Below are positions 26,248 to 35,154 of a DNA stretch of 61,891 bases, piece by piece; position 1 is the first letter of the stretch, and each line of letters starts with the position of its first letter. Source of the DNA: Streptosporangiaceae bacterium. GTDB lineage: Bacteria > Actinomycetota > Actinomycetes > Streptosporangiales > Streptosporangiaceae. The position numbers were made by a program, and so were the translations under genes. The stretch spans positions 1-61,891 of the forward strand of contig JBEKHI010000001.1 in NCBI GenBank assembly GCA_050012355.1, read 5' to 3'. The notes beneath the pieces were generated by a model. It was not told the origin of the DNA. It searched no databases and saw only the letters and a program-made list of their open reading frames with translations.

Positions 26248-26368
26248 GCGTACAAGGTCGGGGCCCAAGTTAAGGGGAATCTGCGGGTTAGTGAAGAATT
26301 CCCTCTGATATCTTGATCTGCGAAGAAAGTGCTGGTAGAGGCGATCTCATTAACAAGATGTTACGCAG

Positions 26369-26445
26369 TAATCCACAGCCTGTTGAAAAATAGTTATCCA
26401 CAAGGCACATCCACAGCGTTGTGCACAGGTAAAGTCTGTGGATAA
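26369..26445. promoter_or_regulatory. cluster of five DnaA-box-like 9-mers in an AT-rich spacer
   Basis: TAATCCACA 26369-26377; TTATCCACA 26394-26402 (perfect); ACATCCACA 26407-26415; TTGTGCACA 26419-26427; TGTGGATAA 26437-26445 (perfect, inverted). By hand count, 26341-26400 is 38% G+C. Confidence 0.55.
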
Positions 26446-26456
26446 CTTAGCGGTGC

Positions 26457-27995
26457 TCACTTGAGAGGTTGCAGCTCAGGCGCGGTGGCCGACGTCTCCG
26501 AGGTGCTTGACCGCCATCCCCAGCGCCCGGTTATGCACAGCCACACGAGCGCGATGACCGCGATGAGCCGCGCGACGGACGTTATCCACTCTCCCTCGAC
26601 GTGCTGGAGCTGCGCGAGGTGGGTGTGGCCCGGGATGTTAACCGCGTCCATGTAGGTGATGCCCGCGAAACCAAGCCGGCCGAGAACCACCCAGTCCAGA
26701 CGCGACGCCGGATACAGCGCCAGCAGCCCGATGATCATCACGTCGTACCAGGGCCGCTGGAATGGCCACAGGAAAATCCAGGCCAGGCTTAGCGACAGCG
26801 CCAGCGGCACCGCGGGCCAGCGCGGGCTCCGTTGTGGCAAGCGCATTATGAGCAAAACGGCGAGAGCTACTGTCAGCACGGCCGCGATATCGGTCAGGCG
26901 GTTCGGCTCGTAAGTGGCGTTCAGGTTGAACGGCCGCCAGAACACCTGGTACAGGTTGTCCCAGGTCACGCCGTTCCCTCGCTTGAAGTACACGGTGACG
27001 GCGCCTGTCCCGGCCACCGCGAAGCTCGGGACTGCCACGATGAGGCAACCGGCCGCCGCGGCCGCGAATGCCGCGAGCTGGCGGCGTAGCATCCAGGCGG
27101 CCCCGATCGCGTAGACGGCGAAGGGCAGCTTCACGCAGATCGCTACGCCGATGAGCACACCCGCGATGGCGGCCCGTGCCAGGCCAACGGACTCGGCGGG
27201 CGCACTGTCCGGCGTACCAGGCCGCTTTGTCCAAAGCAGACCGATGCCGGCTAGGCCGAAGGCAACGGCCAGCCCGTCGATGTGACCGGCGGCCACAATC
27301 TCCCAGATCAGCAACGGGTTCAGCGACCACAGCAGGTGAGCGCGCCGCCGCATCACGGCGTCCGCGCGCAGCAGCCAGTCGAGGAGCAAGACAACCGCGC
27401 CGAAGGACAGACCTGCCCACAGCTTCAGCCAGAAGGTCATCGTCGCCAGCTGTCCGCCGCTGAGCTTGACGGCCAGCCACTCCGACGCGGTGGCCAGCGG
27501 CCCGTAGTCGGACAGGGACTGCCGCCAGGTGGGCGAGGAGTACTGCGCGATCGTGCCGCCGACCTTCAAGAACTGGTCCGGCGTCATCACGTACGGGTTG
27601 TGGCCCGCGACCACCATAGACCCGTCAATCGCGTATGAAATGGCGTCGGTCGACCCAGCGGGCAACAGCACGGTGAATATCGCCGTCGCGCCGAGGGAGA
27701 CGCCGATCATCAGCTTGATGCTCGGCCTGGCGCCCCTGGCGACGGCGACCAGCCCGAAGATCACCCCCGCGGTGGCGATGACCGCGGCCGCCCACAGCGA
27801 CAGCAAGATCAAGGTATCCCGCAGGTGCAGCGGGTGCCACCACGGCGGGCCAGAGCCCGCGTGCTTCAGCGCCTCGGCGATCACTGACGGGCCGTTCAAC
27901 GCCATCACGAACATGATCAGCAGCGACAGGCCGATGCACGCCGCGGCCGCCCAGCAGAGGGCACGAGTGCTCCTCGCGGGAGCGTCGCTTGTCAT
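26457..27995 (-). CDS. polytopic membrane protein, GT-C-type glycosyl/mannosyltransferase-like (DUF2029/GT87-like, tentative)
   Basis: 512 aa with at least 10 hydrophobic helices. The architecture resembles actinobacterial polyprenol-phosphate-sugar-dependent transferases. No catalytic motif was verified. Confidence 0.45.
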   Translation of the reverse strand: MTSDAPARSTRALCWAAAACIGLSLLIMFVMALNGPSVIAEALKHAGSGPPWWHPLHLRDTLILLSLWAAAVIATAGVIFGLVAVARGARPSIKLMIGVSLGATAIFTVLLPAGSTDAISYAIDGSMVVAGHNPYVMTPDQFLKVGGTIAQYSSPTWRQSLSDYGPLATASEWLAVKLSGGQLATMTFWLKLWAGLSFGAVVLLLDWLLRADAVMRRRAHLLWSLNPLLIWEIVAAGHIDGLAVAFGLAGIGLLWTKRPGTPDSAPAESVGLARAAIAGVLIGVAICVKLPFAVYAIGAAWMLRRQLAAFAAAAAGCLIVAVPSFAVAGTGAVTVYFKRGNGVTWDNLYQVFWRPFNLNATYEPNRLTDIAAVLTVALAVLLIMRLPQRSPRWPAVPLALSLSLAWIFLWPFQRPWYDVMIIGLLALYPASRLDWVVLGRLGFAGITYMDAVNIPGHTHLAQLQHVEGEWITSVARLIAVIALVWLCITGRWGWRSSTSETSATAPELQPLK

Positions 27996-28094
27996 GGGTA
28001 CGAAGGTACCGTCAATCGGGCGCTTCCCGGGCGAGCGCGAACTTGTTATCGTTAATTGAGTTGGCGCCCGGACCCGCGCGGACGCGCACCACTA

Positions 28095-28667
28095 ATGGGG
28101 GGTGCTATGTCCACGAGGGTTGCCGGACGCGTCAAGTGGCGCAGGTTCGCGGTTGCCATTCTGCCTGCACTCGCCGTCGCCGGGTTGCTGATGGGGCTGA
28201 CCGCCGAGGGGGCGATAGCCGCCAGCATCTCGGTCTCCGGCCAGGAGTTCATGGTGACCGCTGCCCAGCTCACCGGCTCTGGTTTCCAGCAATACCCAGG
28301 CCAGGTGACCGTGGACGGAGCCGACGGCTCGAAGACCACGGTGCCGGTGATCGTGTCCATTATCCACAGTGCCACGCTGACGAATATGTGCCAGAGCGTG
28401 ACCGTCGCCGGGGTCACGCTGCGACTGACCGCCGGCGGGGGCGCCGCCCCGGTCTCGGCTAGCGACCTCATCGTCGACGCCGCCAAGCTGAACGGCAACA
28501 GCGCCAGCTTTCAGAACGTCGTGATCGGGGCCGACGCAGGTGGCGGCACTTTCGGCGAGCAGGCCGACGACGTCATTATCGCCAACCTGCGGCAAGATAC
28601 CTGGCTGACCACCGCTGGCACCTTTACCCTGCCGGACCTGTCGCTGGGCTTCGGCTCCGGTTGTTAA
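28095..28667 (+). CDS. secreted/TM-anchored hypothetical protein (DUF6230-like, tentative)
   Basis: N-terminal anchor (WRRFAVAILPALAVAGLLMGL) followed by a beta-rich domain. The start is ATG 28095 or 28107. Confidence 0.5.
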   Translation: MGGAMSTRVAGRVKWRRFAVAILPALAVAGLLMGLTAEGAIAASISVSGQEFMVTAAQLTGSGFQQYPGQVTVDGADGSKTTVPVIVSIIHSATLTNMCQSVTVAGVTLRLTAGGGAAPVSASDLIVDAAKLNGNSASFQNVVIGADAGGGTFGEQADDVIIANLRQDTWLTTAGTFTLPDLSLGFGSGC

Positions 28668-29155
28668 GCCAGGTGGGCCTTGCTGCCCTGTCGGCGAAAA
28701 CCGTTGACATCCTGCGCCTCGCCAGTCGCCTGCGCGGGCACCGCTGCCTGATCGTCCGTGCTGGACTTCTCCGCCTCAGCGGTGGCGTCGGAGTAGCGCT
28801 TGCGGACGGCGAAGCCAGCGGCGGCGCCAGCCGCGCCGAGAGCCACCACGACGGCTGCTAGAACCCGCCAGTTCATGAGGCCACGCATTCGCGACTGCTG
28901 CTCGGGGCGGACGACCTCGGCGCCATGGCGCAGGGTCGAAGTCAGCCGTGGCGTGATCGAGGTCTCCACCACATCGGCGAAGCCCTCGAGCCGCGGCGCG
29001 CTCCACCGGCGAGCGTGATGCACGCCGCGCTGGACCTGATTAGCCGCTGCCGCCCCGGCACGCTGCCCGGCCGGTACGGCCACGACGACGGCGCCACGAG
29101 CGCGGCCGGCGATGCCACCATTCTGAAGTGCACGCTTTGCCTTGCTTTGGGACAC
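28664..29155 (-). CDS. membrane protein with C-proximal TM helix (positional equivalent of mycobacterial CwsA, divergent from ppiA)
   Basis: 163 aa with one TM segment (WRVLAAVVVALGAAGAAAGFAV). It is divergent from ppiA, as Rv0008c is from Rv0009. Sequence similarity was not verified. Confidence 0.45.
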   Translation of the reverse strand: MSQSKAKRALQNGGIAGRARGAVVVAVPAGQRAGAAAANQVQRGVHHARRWSAPRLEGFADVVETSITPRLTSTLRHGAEVVRPEQQSRMRGLMNWRVLAAVVVALGAAGAAAGFAVRKRYSDATAEAEKSSTDDQAAVPAQATGEAQDVNGFRRQGSKAHLA

Positions 29156-29277
29156 GGTTTACCTCCCGTTCTTGATCCCGCTCACCACAGACTTCCCGAT
29201 GCGGAGCCGTTCAACCATCTTCCGTCGCGCTACGGGTACCGTGGGTGGGCAACGACACTTACCTGAGGAGTCATGGC

Positions 29278-29796
29278 ATGACGGAGACGCTGACCGCGAC
29301 GCTCGCGACGACGCAGGGCGCGATCAAGGTCCGGCTTTTCCCCGACCACGCCCCGAAGACGGTTCGTAACTTCACCGATCTCGCCGAGGGCAAGCGGGAG
29401 TGGACCCACCCGCGGACACGGGCTACCAGCAGTGACAAGCTTTACGACGGAACCGTTTTTCACCGGGTCATCGACGGCTTCATGCTCCAGGGCGGCGACC
29501 CGCTGGGCACCGGAACCGGGGGGCCGGGCTACCAGTTCGGCGACGAGATTCACCCTGACCTGCAGTTCGACCGGCCTTACCTGCTCGCGATGGCGAACGC
29601 CGGCCCCGGCACGAACGGGTCGCAGTTCTTTATTACGGTGGCGCCCACGCCCTGGCTGAACGGGCGGCACACGATCTTCGGTGAGGTCATCGAAGGATCG
29701 GACGTGGTAGACGCCATCGGCAAGACGAAGACCGGCCCCGGCGACCGCCCGGTTCAGGACGTCGTCCTGCAATCGGTGACAATCGCTCGCGAATAA
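29278..29796 (+). CDS. ppiA: cyclophilin-type peptidyl-prolyl cis-trans isomerase
   Basis: FHRVIDGFMLQGGDPLGTGTGGPGY, MANAGPGTNGSQFFIT and HTIFGEV. GAGGAG lies 7 nt upstream of the ATG. Confidence 0.9.
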   Translation: MTETLTATLATTQGAIKVRLFPDHAPKTVRNFTDLAEGKREWTHPRTRATSSDKLYDGTVFHRVIDGFMLQGGDPLGTGTGGPGYQFGDEIHPDLQFDRPYLLAMANAGPGTNGSQFFITVAPTPWLNGRHTIFGEVIEGSDVVDAIGKTKTGPGDRPVQDVVLQSVTIARE

Positions 29797-29813
29797 GCCG
29801 GATACTTAGTTAC

Positions 29814-30686
29814 ATGTCCGAACCCCTCGCGGAACCGGTCCCGACCTGCTACCGCCACCCAGGCCGCGAAACCTACGTCTCATGCACCCGCTGTGGCCGT
29901 CACGCCTGCCCTGACTGCATGCGCAGCGCCTCGGTAGGCCAGCAGTGCGTGGAGTGTGTCCGCGAGGGGAGCCGGTCATCCCGGGCCGCGCGTACCGCGT
30001 TCGGCGGGCGTCCGGTGTCGGGCGCCGTGGTCACCTGGGTCCTGGTGGGGCTCAACGTCTTGGTCCTGCTGATCTCGCTGGCGAACTCCAACGTCATCGT
30101 CGACCTGGAGATGTTCGGCTATGCGGCGGTCGCCCCCGGCGGCGCGATGCAGGGGGTCGCCGCTGGCCAGTGGTACCGGCTAGTCACCTCGGCCTTCACC
30201 ACGCCAGGCGTGTCCGGGATCGGGTTCATGGACATCCTGTTCAACATGTGGGCGCTGATCTTCGTCGGCCCCTCGCTGGAAAAGATGCTCGGCCGGAGCC
30301 GCTATCTATCGCTGTACTTGCTGAGCGCGATCGGCGGGTCCGTCCTGTACTACTGGATGGTCGCGGGCAACCAGCCGGCCGCCGGGGCGTCGGGCGCCAT
30401 CTTCGGTCTGTTCGGGGCCTGGTTTGTGGTGTCCAAGCGGCTGCGGCTTGACTCCCGCGGCATCGTCTTGCTGATCGTCATCAACCTGGCGTTCAGCTTT
30501 ATCTACCACAGCACAATCGCCTGGCAGGACCACATCGGCGGCCTGGTGACCGGTGCCCTGGTCACCGCCGCGTTCGTCTACGCGCCGCGAAAGAACCGGA
30601 CCGCTATCCAGATAGCGGCGGGCGTCGCCATGCTGGCGATCCTTGTCATCGCGACGGTGCTCAGGTCACACCAACTGACAAGCTGA
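29814..30686 (+). CDS. rhomboid-family intramembrane serine protease with N-terminal zinc-ribbon
   Basis: CYRHPGRETYVSCTRCGRHACPDC, the catalytic GASGAIFGLFG and a downstream His (WQDHIGGLVTG). Confidence 0.85.
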   Translation: MSEPLAEPVPTCYRHPGRETYVSCTRCGRHACPDCMRSASVGQQCVECVREGSRSSRAARTAFGGRPVSGAVVTWVLVGLNVLVLLISLANSNVIVDLEMFGYAAVAPGGAMQGVAAGQWYRLVTSAFTTPGVSGIGFMDILFNMWALIFVGPSLEKMLGRSRYLSLYLLSAIGGSVLYYWMVAGNQPAAGASGAIFGLFGAWFVVSKRLRLDSRGIVLLIVINLAFSFIYHSTIAWQDHIGGLVTGALVTAAFVYAPRKNRTAIQIAAGVAMLAILVIATVLRSHQLTS

Positions 30687-30943
30687 CCGGATAAGCGCCA
30701 CTGGGTCGCTAGCACCACGCTGGCGATGATCAATGCGAATCCGCCCACCAGATTCCACGCGCCAAGCGTGGACAGCACCGGCATGTCGGCCTGCGTGACG
30801 TAGTACAGGACGATCCACACCAGCCCCAAGAGAAGGCAGCCCACCATTGTGGGGGCTATCCACGGCGCGCTGACCTTGCGCTTCGCCGCTTTCGTCGGCG
30901 GCGGCGTGTAAACAGGCTTCTTCCTGACGCGGGACTTCGGCAC
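30578..30943 (-). CDS. crgA: cell-division membrane protein CrgA (C-terminally extended reading frame)
   Basis: GTG start giving (M)PKSRVRKKPVYTPPP, two TM helices and ...ATQWR. The frame has no stop there. It continues for 38 more codons and overlaps the rhomboid 3' end by 109 nt. Confidence 0.75.
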   Translation of the reverse strand: MPKSRVRKKPVYTPPPTKAAKRKVSAPWIAPTMVGCLLLGLVWIVLYYVTQADMPVLSTLGAWNLVGGFALIIASVVLATQWRLSGQLVSWCDLSTVAMTRIASMATPAAIWIAVRFFRGA

Positions 30944-31050
30944 CGGGTACCTCGCTAGAGTTTGCGGAATCTTCGGGGCATAAGCGTAGCGGGTCGGTCC
31001 GTGCATATCATCCACGCCGTCAGTTACTTAGCGATATCATTCAGTTACTC

Positions 31051-31713
31051 ATGCGACCTATCCTTCGTTTCTGTGGTGAGATGTGCCTGACGGCGGGCGT
31101 CATCGGCCTGCTGTTCGTCGGCTACCTGGTGTGGGGGACGAGTACGCACACGGCGGCTGTCCAGCGTCGGTTCGCCGCCGAACTCAATCACCAATGGCAT
31201 GCCGCGTCACCGGCCTCCAGTTGCTCGTCGTCCGGCGCAGACGCTCGCGTGCCCGCTGACCCCATCCATCTGGTGTCCTCGCAGCCCTTCGCGTTCATCA
31301 GGATCCCCGCGTTCGGTTCGAATTGGCGATTCACGGTCATCCAGGGGACTTCGCTGACACAGCTCGATACGTCCCCTGGGCACGTGCCAGGCACGCAACT
31401 GCCTGGGCAGGTGGGTAACTTCGTGGTCGCCGCGCACCGGGTCACCGCAGGAAACCCGTTCTGGTCACTGCCCTCGCTGCGAGCCGGAGACGTGGTGTGC
31501 ATCGACACCGAGTACAACACCTACGTCTACCGGGTCACTGGGGCGCCGGTGCTGGTTTCCCCCAGCGACGTGGCCGTCCTCGCCCCGGTCCCCGGTGACC
31601 CCGATGCGCGCCCGACGCGACCGCTGATCACGCTGATCACCTGCGACCCGCCCTGGACCGGCACTCACCGGGTCATCGTGACCGGTCAACTCGTGGAGGT
31701 GAAACCTCGCTGA
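31051..31713 (+). CDS. class E sortase
   Basis: N-terminal TM segment, VVAAHRVT and the TLITC active-site motif (LITLITCDP). Confidence 0.85.
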   Translation: MRPILRFCGEMCLTAGVIGLLFVGYLVWGTSTHTAAVQRRFAAELNHQWHAASPASSCSSSGADARVPADPIHLVSSQPFAFIRIPAFGSNWRFTVIQGTSLTQLDTSPGHVPGTQLPGQVGNFVVAAHRVTAGNPFWSLPSLRAGDVVCIDTEYNTYVYRVTGAPVLVSPSDVAVLAPVPGDPDARPTRPLITLITCDPPWTGTHRVIVTGQLVEVKPR

Positions 31714-31871
31714 TGTACGCCTGGATCTGGCGGACGCTGCCCGGCCCGCTACCAGCCCGCGTCCTGCTGGCCACGGCCCTAGCCGTGGCCTCGGCCATCA
31801 TCCTGTGGTTGTGGCTGTTCCCCTGGCTCTACATCCACATCCCGCTGAACGACGTGGGCTTCGCCGGCTAA
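31713..31871 (+). CDS. small (52 aa) Trp-rich membrane protein
   Basis: Not in the ORF track (under 60 aa). The ATG overlaps the sortase stop (TGATG). It encodes MYAWIWRTLPGPLPARVLLATALAVASAIILWLWLFPWLYIHIPLNDVGFAG, with GC-rich third codon positions. Confidence 0.5.
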   Translation: MYAWIWRTLPGPLPARVLLATALAVASAIILWLWLFPWLYIHIPLNDVGFAG

Positions 31872-31895
31872 CCGGCGAAGCCCGCAAGTGAACTA

Positions 31896-33707
31896 CTAGC
31901 CGTTCGGGTTCGCGGTCGCGCTAGACGAGACCGACGGCGACGGCGACGTGCTGGCGCTCGGGCTTGTCGACGCGCTGGGGGACGACGTGGCCTGCGCAGG
32001 CTGGACGTAGATGATGACCGTGGACCCCGCGGCCTCCGTGGTCTGCGACGTCGGAAGCTGCTGCCATACGATCCCGGGCGTCGGATTTCCGGCGGCACCG
32101 GTGTCAGCCTGGATGAGCTCCTTGTACTTGAAGCCCTGCTCCTGGAGCGTCGCGATGGCGTTCGCCGCGGTGAAGCCCACCACGTTCGGCACGGTAGACC
32201 CGCCACCGGAGATGGTGAGCGTCACCGTCGAGCCCGGGTTCACCGACGTGCCGCTGTTCGGATTCACGCTCAGCACGGTGCCCGCGGCCTGTGTCGAGGA
32301 GTTGTTCGTCTTGGTCTGCGGGCTCAGGCCGAGCGCGGACAACTGGCCCTCCGCCTTGGTGACGTTCTCGCCGACCATGCCGGTCGGGATGGTTACCTTG
32401 CCGGCGCCGGTGGAAACGTAGAGCGTGACCGACTGGCCCTTGCTGATGGAGCTACCATCGGTCGGATTAGCCTTGATCACATAGTTCTTGGCGACCGTGG
32501 ACGAGGACTGGTCGGTGACGGTGTAACTCAGGCCGGCCTTGGTGATCTGCGCCTCAGCTTTGGAGGCGAGTTCTCCTGACACCTGTGGTACGAACGTACC
32601 GCCACCACTGTTGCCGCCGCTGAGCAGGACGTAGGCGGCGGCAATGGCGGCGCCAAGGACGAGAACCAGGCCGATGACCCAGGGGATCCAGCGACGACGA
32701 CGGCCTCCGGATGAGTCATCGTAACCGTATTGGTCGTAATCCCCCTCGTAGGGCGGGATCGTCGTCGTCTGACCGCCCATCATCGCGGTCTGGTCCGCCC
32801 GGGTCGGATTCCCGTAGTAGTCCATCCGGGTGGGCGGCGGCGGCATCGCCGCGACCTGCATGCCGGACGCGGCGCGCTGGACGTCGGCCAGCATCTCGGC
32901 GGCCGACTGGTACCGGTCGGCCGGGCTCTTGGCCATCGCCTTGAGCACGATAGCGTCCGCCCAGCGCGGGACCTCCGGGTCCACCTGGGACGGCGGGACC
33001 GGGTTCTCCCGTACATGCTGGTACGCGATCGCGACCGGGGAATCGCCCGTGAACGGCGGACGGCCAGTCAGCAGCTCATAGAGCAGGCAACCGGTGGAGT
33101 AGAGGTCGCTTCGGGCATCCACCCGCTCACCGCGGGCTTGCTCAGGCGACAGGTACTGCGCGGTGCCGATCACCTGGGCGGTCTGCGTCATGGTGGCCTG
33201 GGCATCGCCCATCGCACGAGCGATGCCGAAGTCCATGACCTTGATGTCACCATTGCGGGTGACCATGACGTTGCCGGGCTTGATGTCCCGGTGGATGATG
33301 CCAGCCTGGTGGCTGTATTCCAGAGCGCGAAGTACGCCACTGGTAATTTCGAGCGCGCGTTCAGGCAGCAGTCGATGGCCCTCAATCAGCAGGTCTCGCA
33401 CCGTGCGGCCATCCACGTACTCCATCACGATGTACGGGATGGGGACACCGGTGGCCATATCCTCGCCGGTGTCATATACCGCGACGATCGTAGGGTTGTT
33501 CAGTGAGGCAGCCGATTGGGCCTCGCGGCGGAACCGGGCCTGGAAGGTCTGGTCCCTGGCCAGGTCCGCACGCAGCGTCTTGATCGCCACGATGCGGTCC
33601 AGGCGGATGTCACGTGCTCGGTAGACCTCGGCCATACCGCCGCGGCCCACGACGCCCTCGAGCTCGTAGCGATCACCGAGCAACCGGGGTTGAGTCATAT
33701 CTCGCAC
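31896..33707 (-). CDS. pknB: Ser/Thr protein kinase PknB with extracellular PASTA repeats
   Basis: Kinase motifs GRGGMAEVY, HRDIKPGN and DFGIA, one TM segment, then repeated PASTA-like units (VPQVSG..., IPTGMVG..., VPNVVG...). The locus is syntenic. Confidence 0.9.
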   Translation of the reverse strand: MRDMTQPRLLGDRYELEGVVGRGGMAEVYRARDIRLDRIVAIKTLRADLARDQTFQARFRREAQSAASLNNPTIVAVYDTGEDMATGVPIPYIVMEYVDGRTVRDLLIEGHRLLPERALEITSGVLRALEYSHQAGIIHRDIKPGNVMVTRNGDIKVMDFGIARAMGDAQATMTQTAQVIGTAQYLSPEQARGERVDARSDLYSTGCLLYELLTGRPPFTGDSPVAIAYQHVRENPVPPSQVDPEVPRWADAIVLKAMAKSPADRYQSAAEMLADVQRAASGMQVAAMPPPPTRMDYYGNPTRADQTAMMGGQTTTIPPYEGDYDQYGYDDSSGGRRRRWIPWVIGLVLVLGAAIAAAYVLLSGGNSGGGTFVPQVSGELASKAEAQITKAGLSYTVTDQSSSTVAKNYVIKANPTDGSSISKGQSVTLYVSTGAGKVTIPTGMVGENVTKAEGQLSALGLSPQTKTNNSSTQAAGTVLSVNPNSGTSVNPGSTVTLTISGGGSTVPNVVGFTAANAIATLQEQGFKYKELIQADTGAAGNPTPGIVWQQLPTSQTTEAAGSTVIIYVQPAQATSSPSASTSPSASTSPSPSVSSSATANPNG

Positions 33708-33732
33708 TGCGCCAAACCACCAATACTCGATC

Positions 33733-35154
33733 TCATCTGTTGCTCGCCGCCGAATTCTGCGGGCCCGCCGACGGGCTCGTTGACGGGCCCGTTGACGTGC
33801 CCGTGGCCGGAGTTGTGGAGTTCGTGACGCTCGGCGATGGGGAGGCCGATTGGCTCTCCTTAGGCGAAGCGTTCGCTGGTGCCGTGGTGGTGCTGCTACC
33901 CGCAGTCGGCTGGTTTACCGCCCGCTGTGTATTCTCTGGCACCGTTCCAAGACTACTCGCTGTGGACGAACTAGGGCTTTCCGTCGGTGCCACCGACGCC
34001 GTGACCGGCGCCGAGGCCGTCGGAGAGGATTTAGCCGTCGTGCTGGTCATCGCCACCGGGTGGGGTGACGTCATCAAGAGCACCGCTACGACGATCCCGA
34101 CGCCGAACACCGCCACGGTGGTCGCCGCCGCCAGACGGCGCCGATTGTTCAGCAGACGTCCCCAGCCCCGTCCTGCTTCGACAGGGTAGTCATAGTCGTC
34201 GTCGGCCGGGTAGTCGTAATCGCCGCCCTCCGCCATCAAGGCGGTGCCATCTCGGTCCAGCCGCGTTTCGTCCCCGACCGGTCCCGAGCCGAACGTCGTG
34301 AGGCTAGCGGTCGCCGGCCCGCCGAAAGACAACGCGTCCCGGAGGACCCCGCACCGGTCCGCGACGTGCTGGGCGGTCTCCGGGCGGTCCTGCGGGCTCT
34401 TCTCCAGCATGGCGAATACGAGGTCCTGGACCGCCTCAGGGACGTCCCCAGGCAGCGGCGGAACCGGGTCGTGCTTGTGCGAGATCGCGATCGCCAAGGG
34501 CTGGTCACCGGTGAACGGCGGCGTTCCGGCCAGGCACTCGTAGGCGACGATGCCGAGGGAGTAGATGTCCGAGGACGCCGTGACCGTGGCGCCGGTCGCC
34601 TGCTCGGGCGACACGTACATCGCGGTGCCCATCACGATCCCGGTCTGGGTCAGATGGGCGGCCTGGGAGGCGCGGACCGCCGTCGCGATGCCGAAGTCGG
34701 TGATCTTCGCGGTGCCGTCCGGGGTGACCAGGATGTTGCCTGGCTTCATGTCCCGGTGCACGATGCCCGCCTGGTGGGCGACCTGCAGCGCCGCCGCGCA
34801 CTGACCGACGATATCCACGGTGGCCGCCGCGGAGACCCGGTGCTCGCGGTCCAGGATGGCGGACAGCGGCTCGCCCTCCACGAGCTCCATGATCAGGTAG
34901 GCGCGGCCGAGGTCGCTGGTCTCGCCGTAGTCCCACACCCGGGCGATGCCGGGGTGGGACAGCGAGGCGGCATAGCGGGCCTCGGCGCGGAATCTGGCCT
35001 TGAAGTTCGGATCGGCGGCATGCTCGGCGGCCAGCAGCTTGACGGCGACCGTGCGGTTCAGCATCCGGTCGACGCCACGCCAGACTTCGCCCATGCCGCC
35101 GGACGCGATGCGTTCGGTCAGCGCGTAGCGGCCGTCGAGGATGTAATCGGTCAC
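33733..35154 (-). CDS. Ser/Thr protein kinase (PknA-like position)
   Basis: Motifs GSGGMGEVW, HRDMKPGN and DFGIA, a TM segment and a Ser/Thr/Pro-rich tail. The stop overlaps the pbpA region upstream. Confidence 0.85.
   Translation of the reverse strand: MTDYILDGRYALTERIASGGMGEVWRGVDRMLNRTVAVKLLAAEHAADPNFKARFRAEARYAASLSHPGIARVWDYGETSDLGRAYLIMELVEGEPLSAILDREHRVSAAATVDIVGQCAAALQVAHQAGIVHRDMKPGNILVTPDGTAKITDFGIATAVRASQAAHLTQTGIVMGTAMYVSPEQATGATVTASSDIYSLGIVAYECLAGTPPFTGDQPLAIAISHKHDPVPPLPGDVPEAVQDLVFAMLEKSPQDRPETAQHVADRCGVLRDALSFGGPATASLTTFGSGPVGDETRLDRDGTALMAEGGDYDYPADDDYDYPVEAGRGWGRLLNNRRRLAAATTVAVFGVGIVVAVLLMTSPHPVAMTSTTAKSSPTASAPVTASVAPTESPSSSTASSLGTVPENTQRAVNQPTAGSSTTTAPANASPKESQSASPSPSVTNSTTPATGTSTGPSTSPSAGPQNSAASNR

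Noticed and set aside
26281-26456. Possibility that the DnaA-box cluster is the chromosomal oriC.
   Set aside because: There is no dnaA, dnaN, rpmH or recF context. I see only about five boxes and no clear tandem AT-rich 13-mer unwinding element. It is kept as a DnaA-box cluster of unknown role, not called as an origin.
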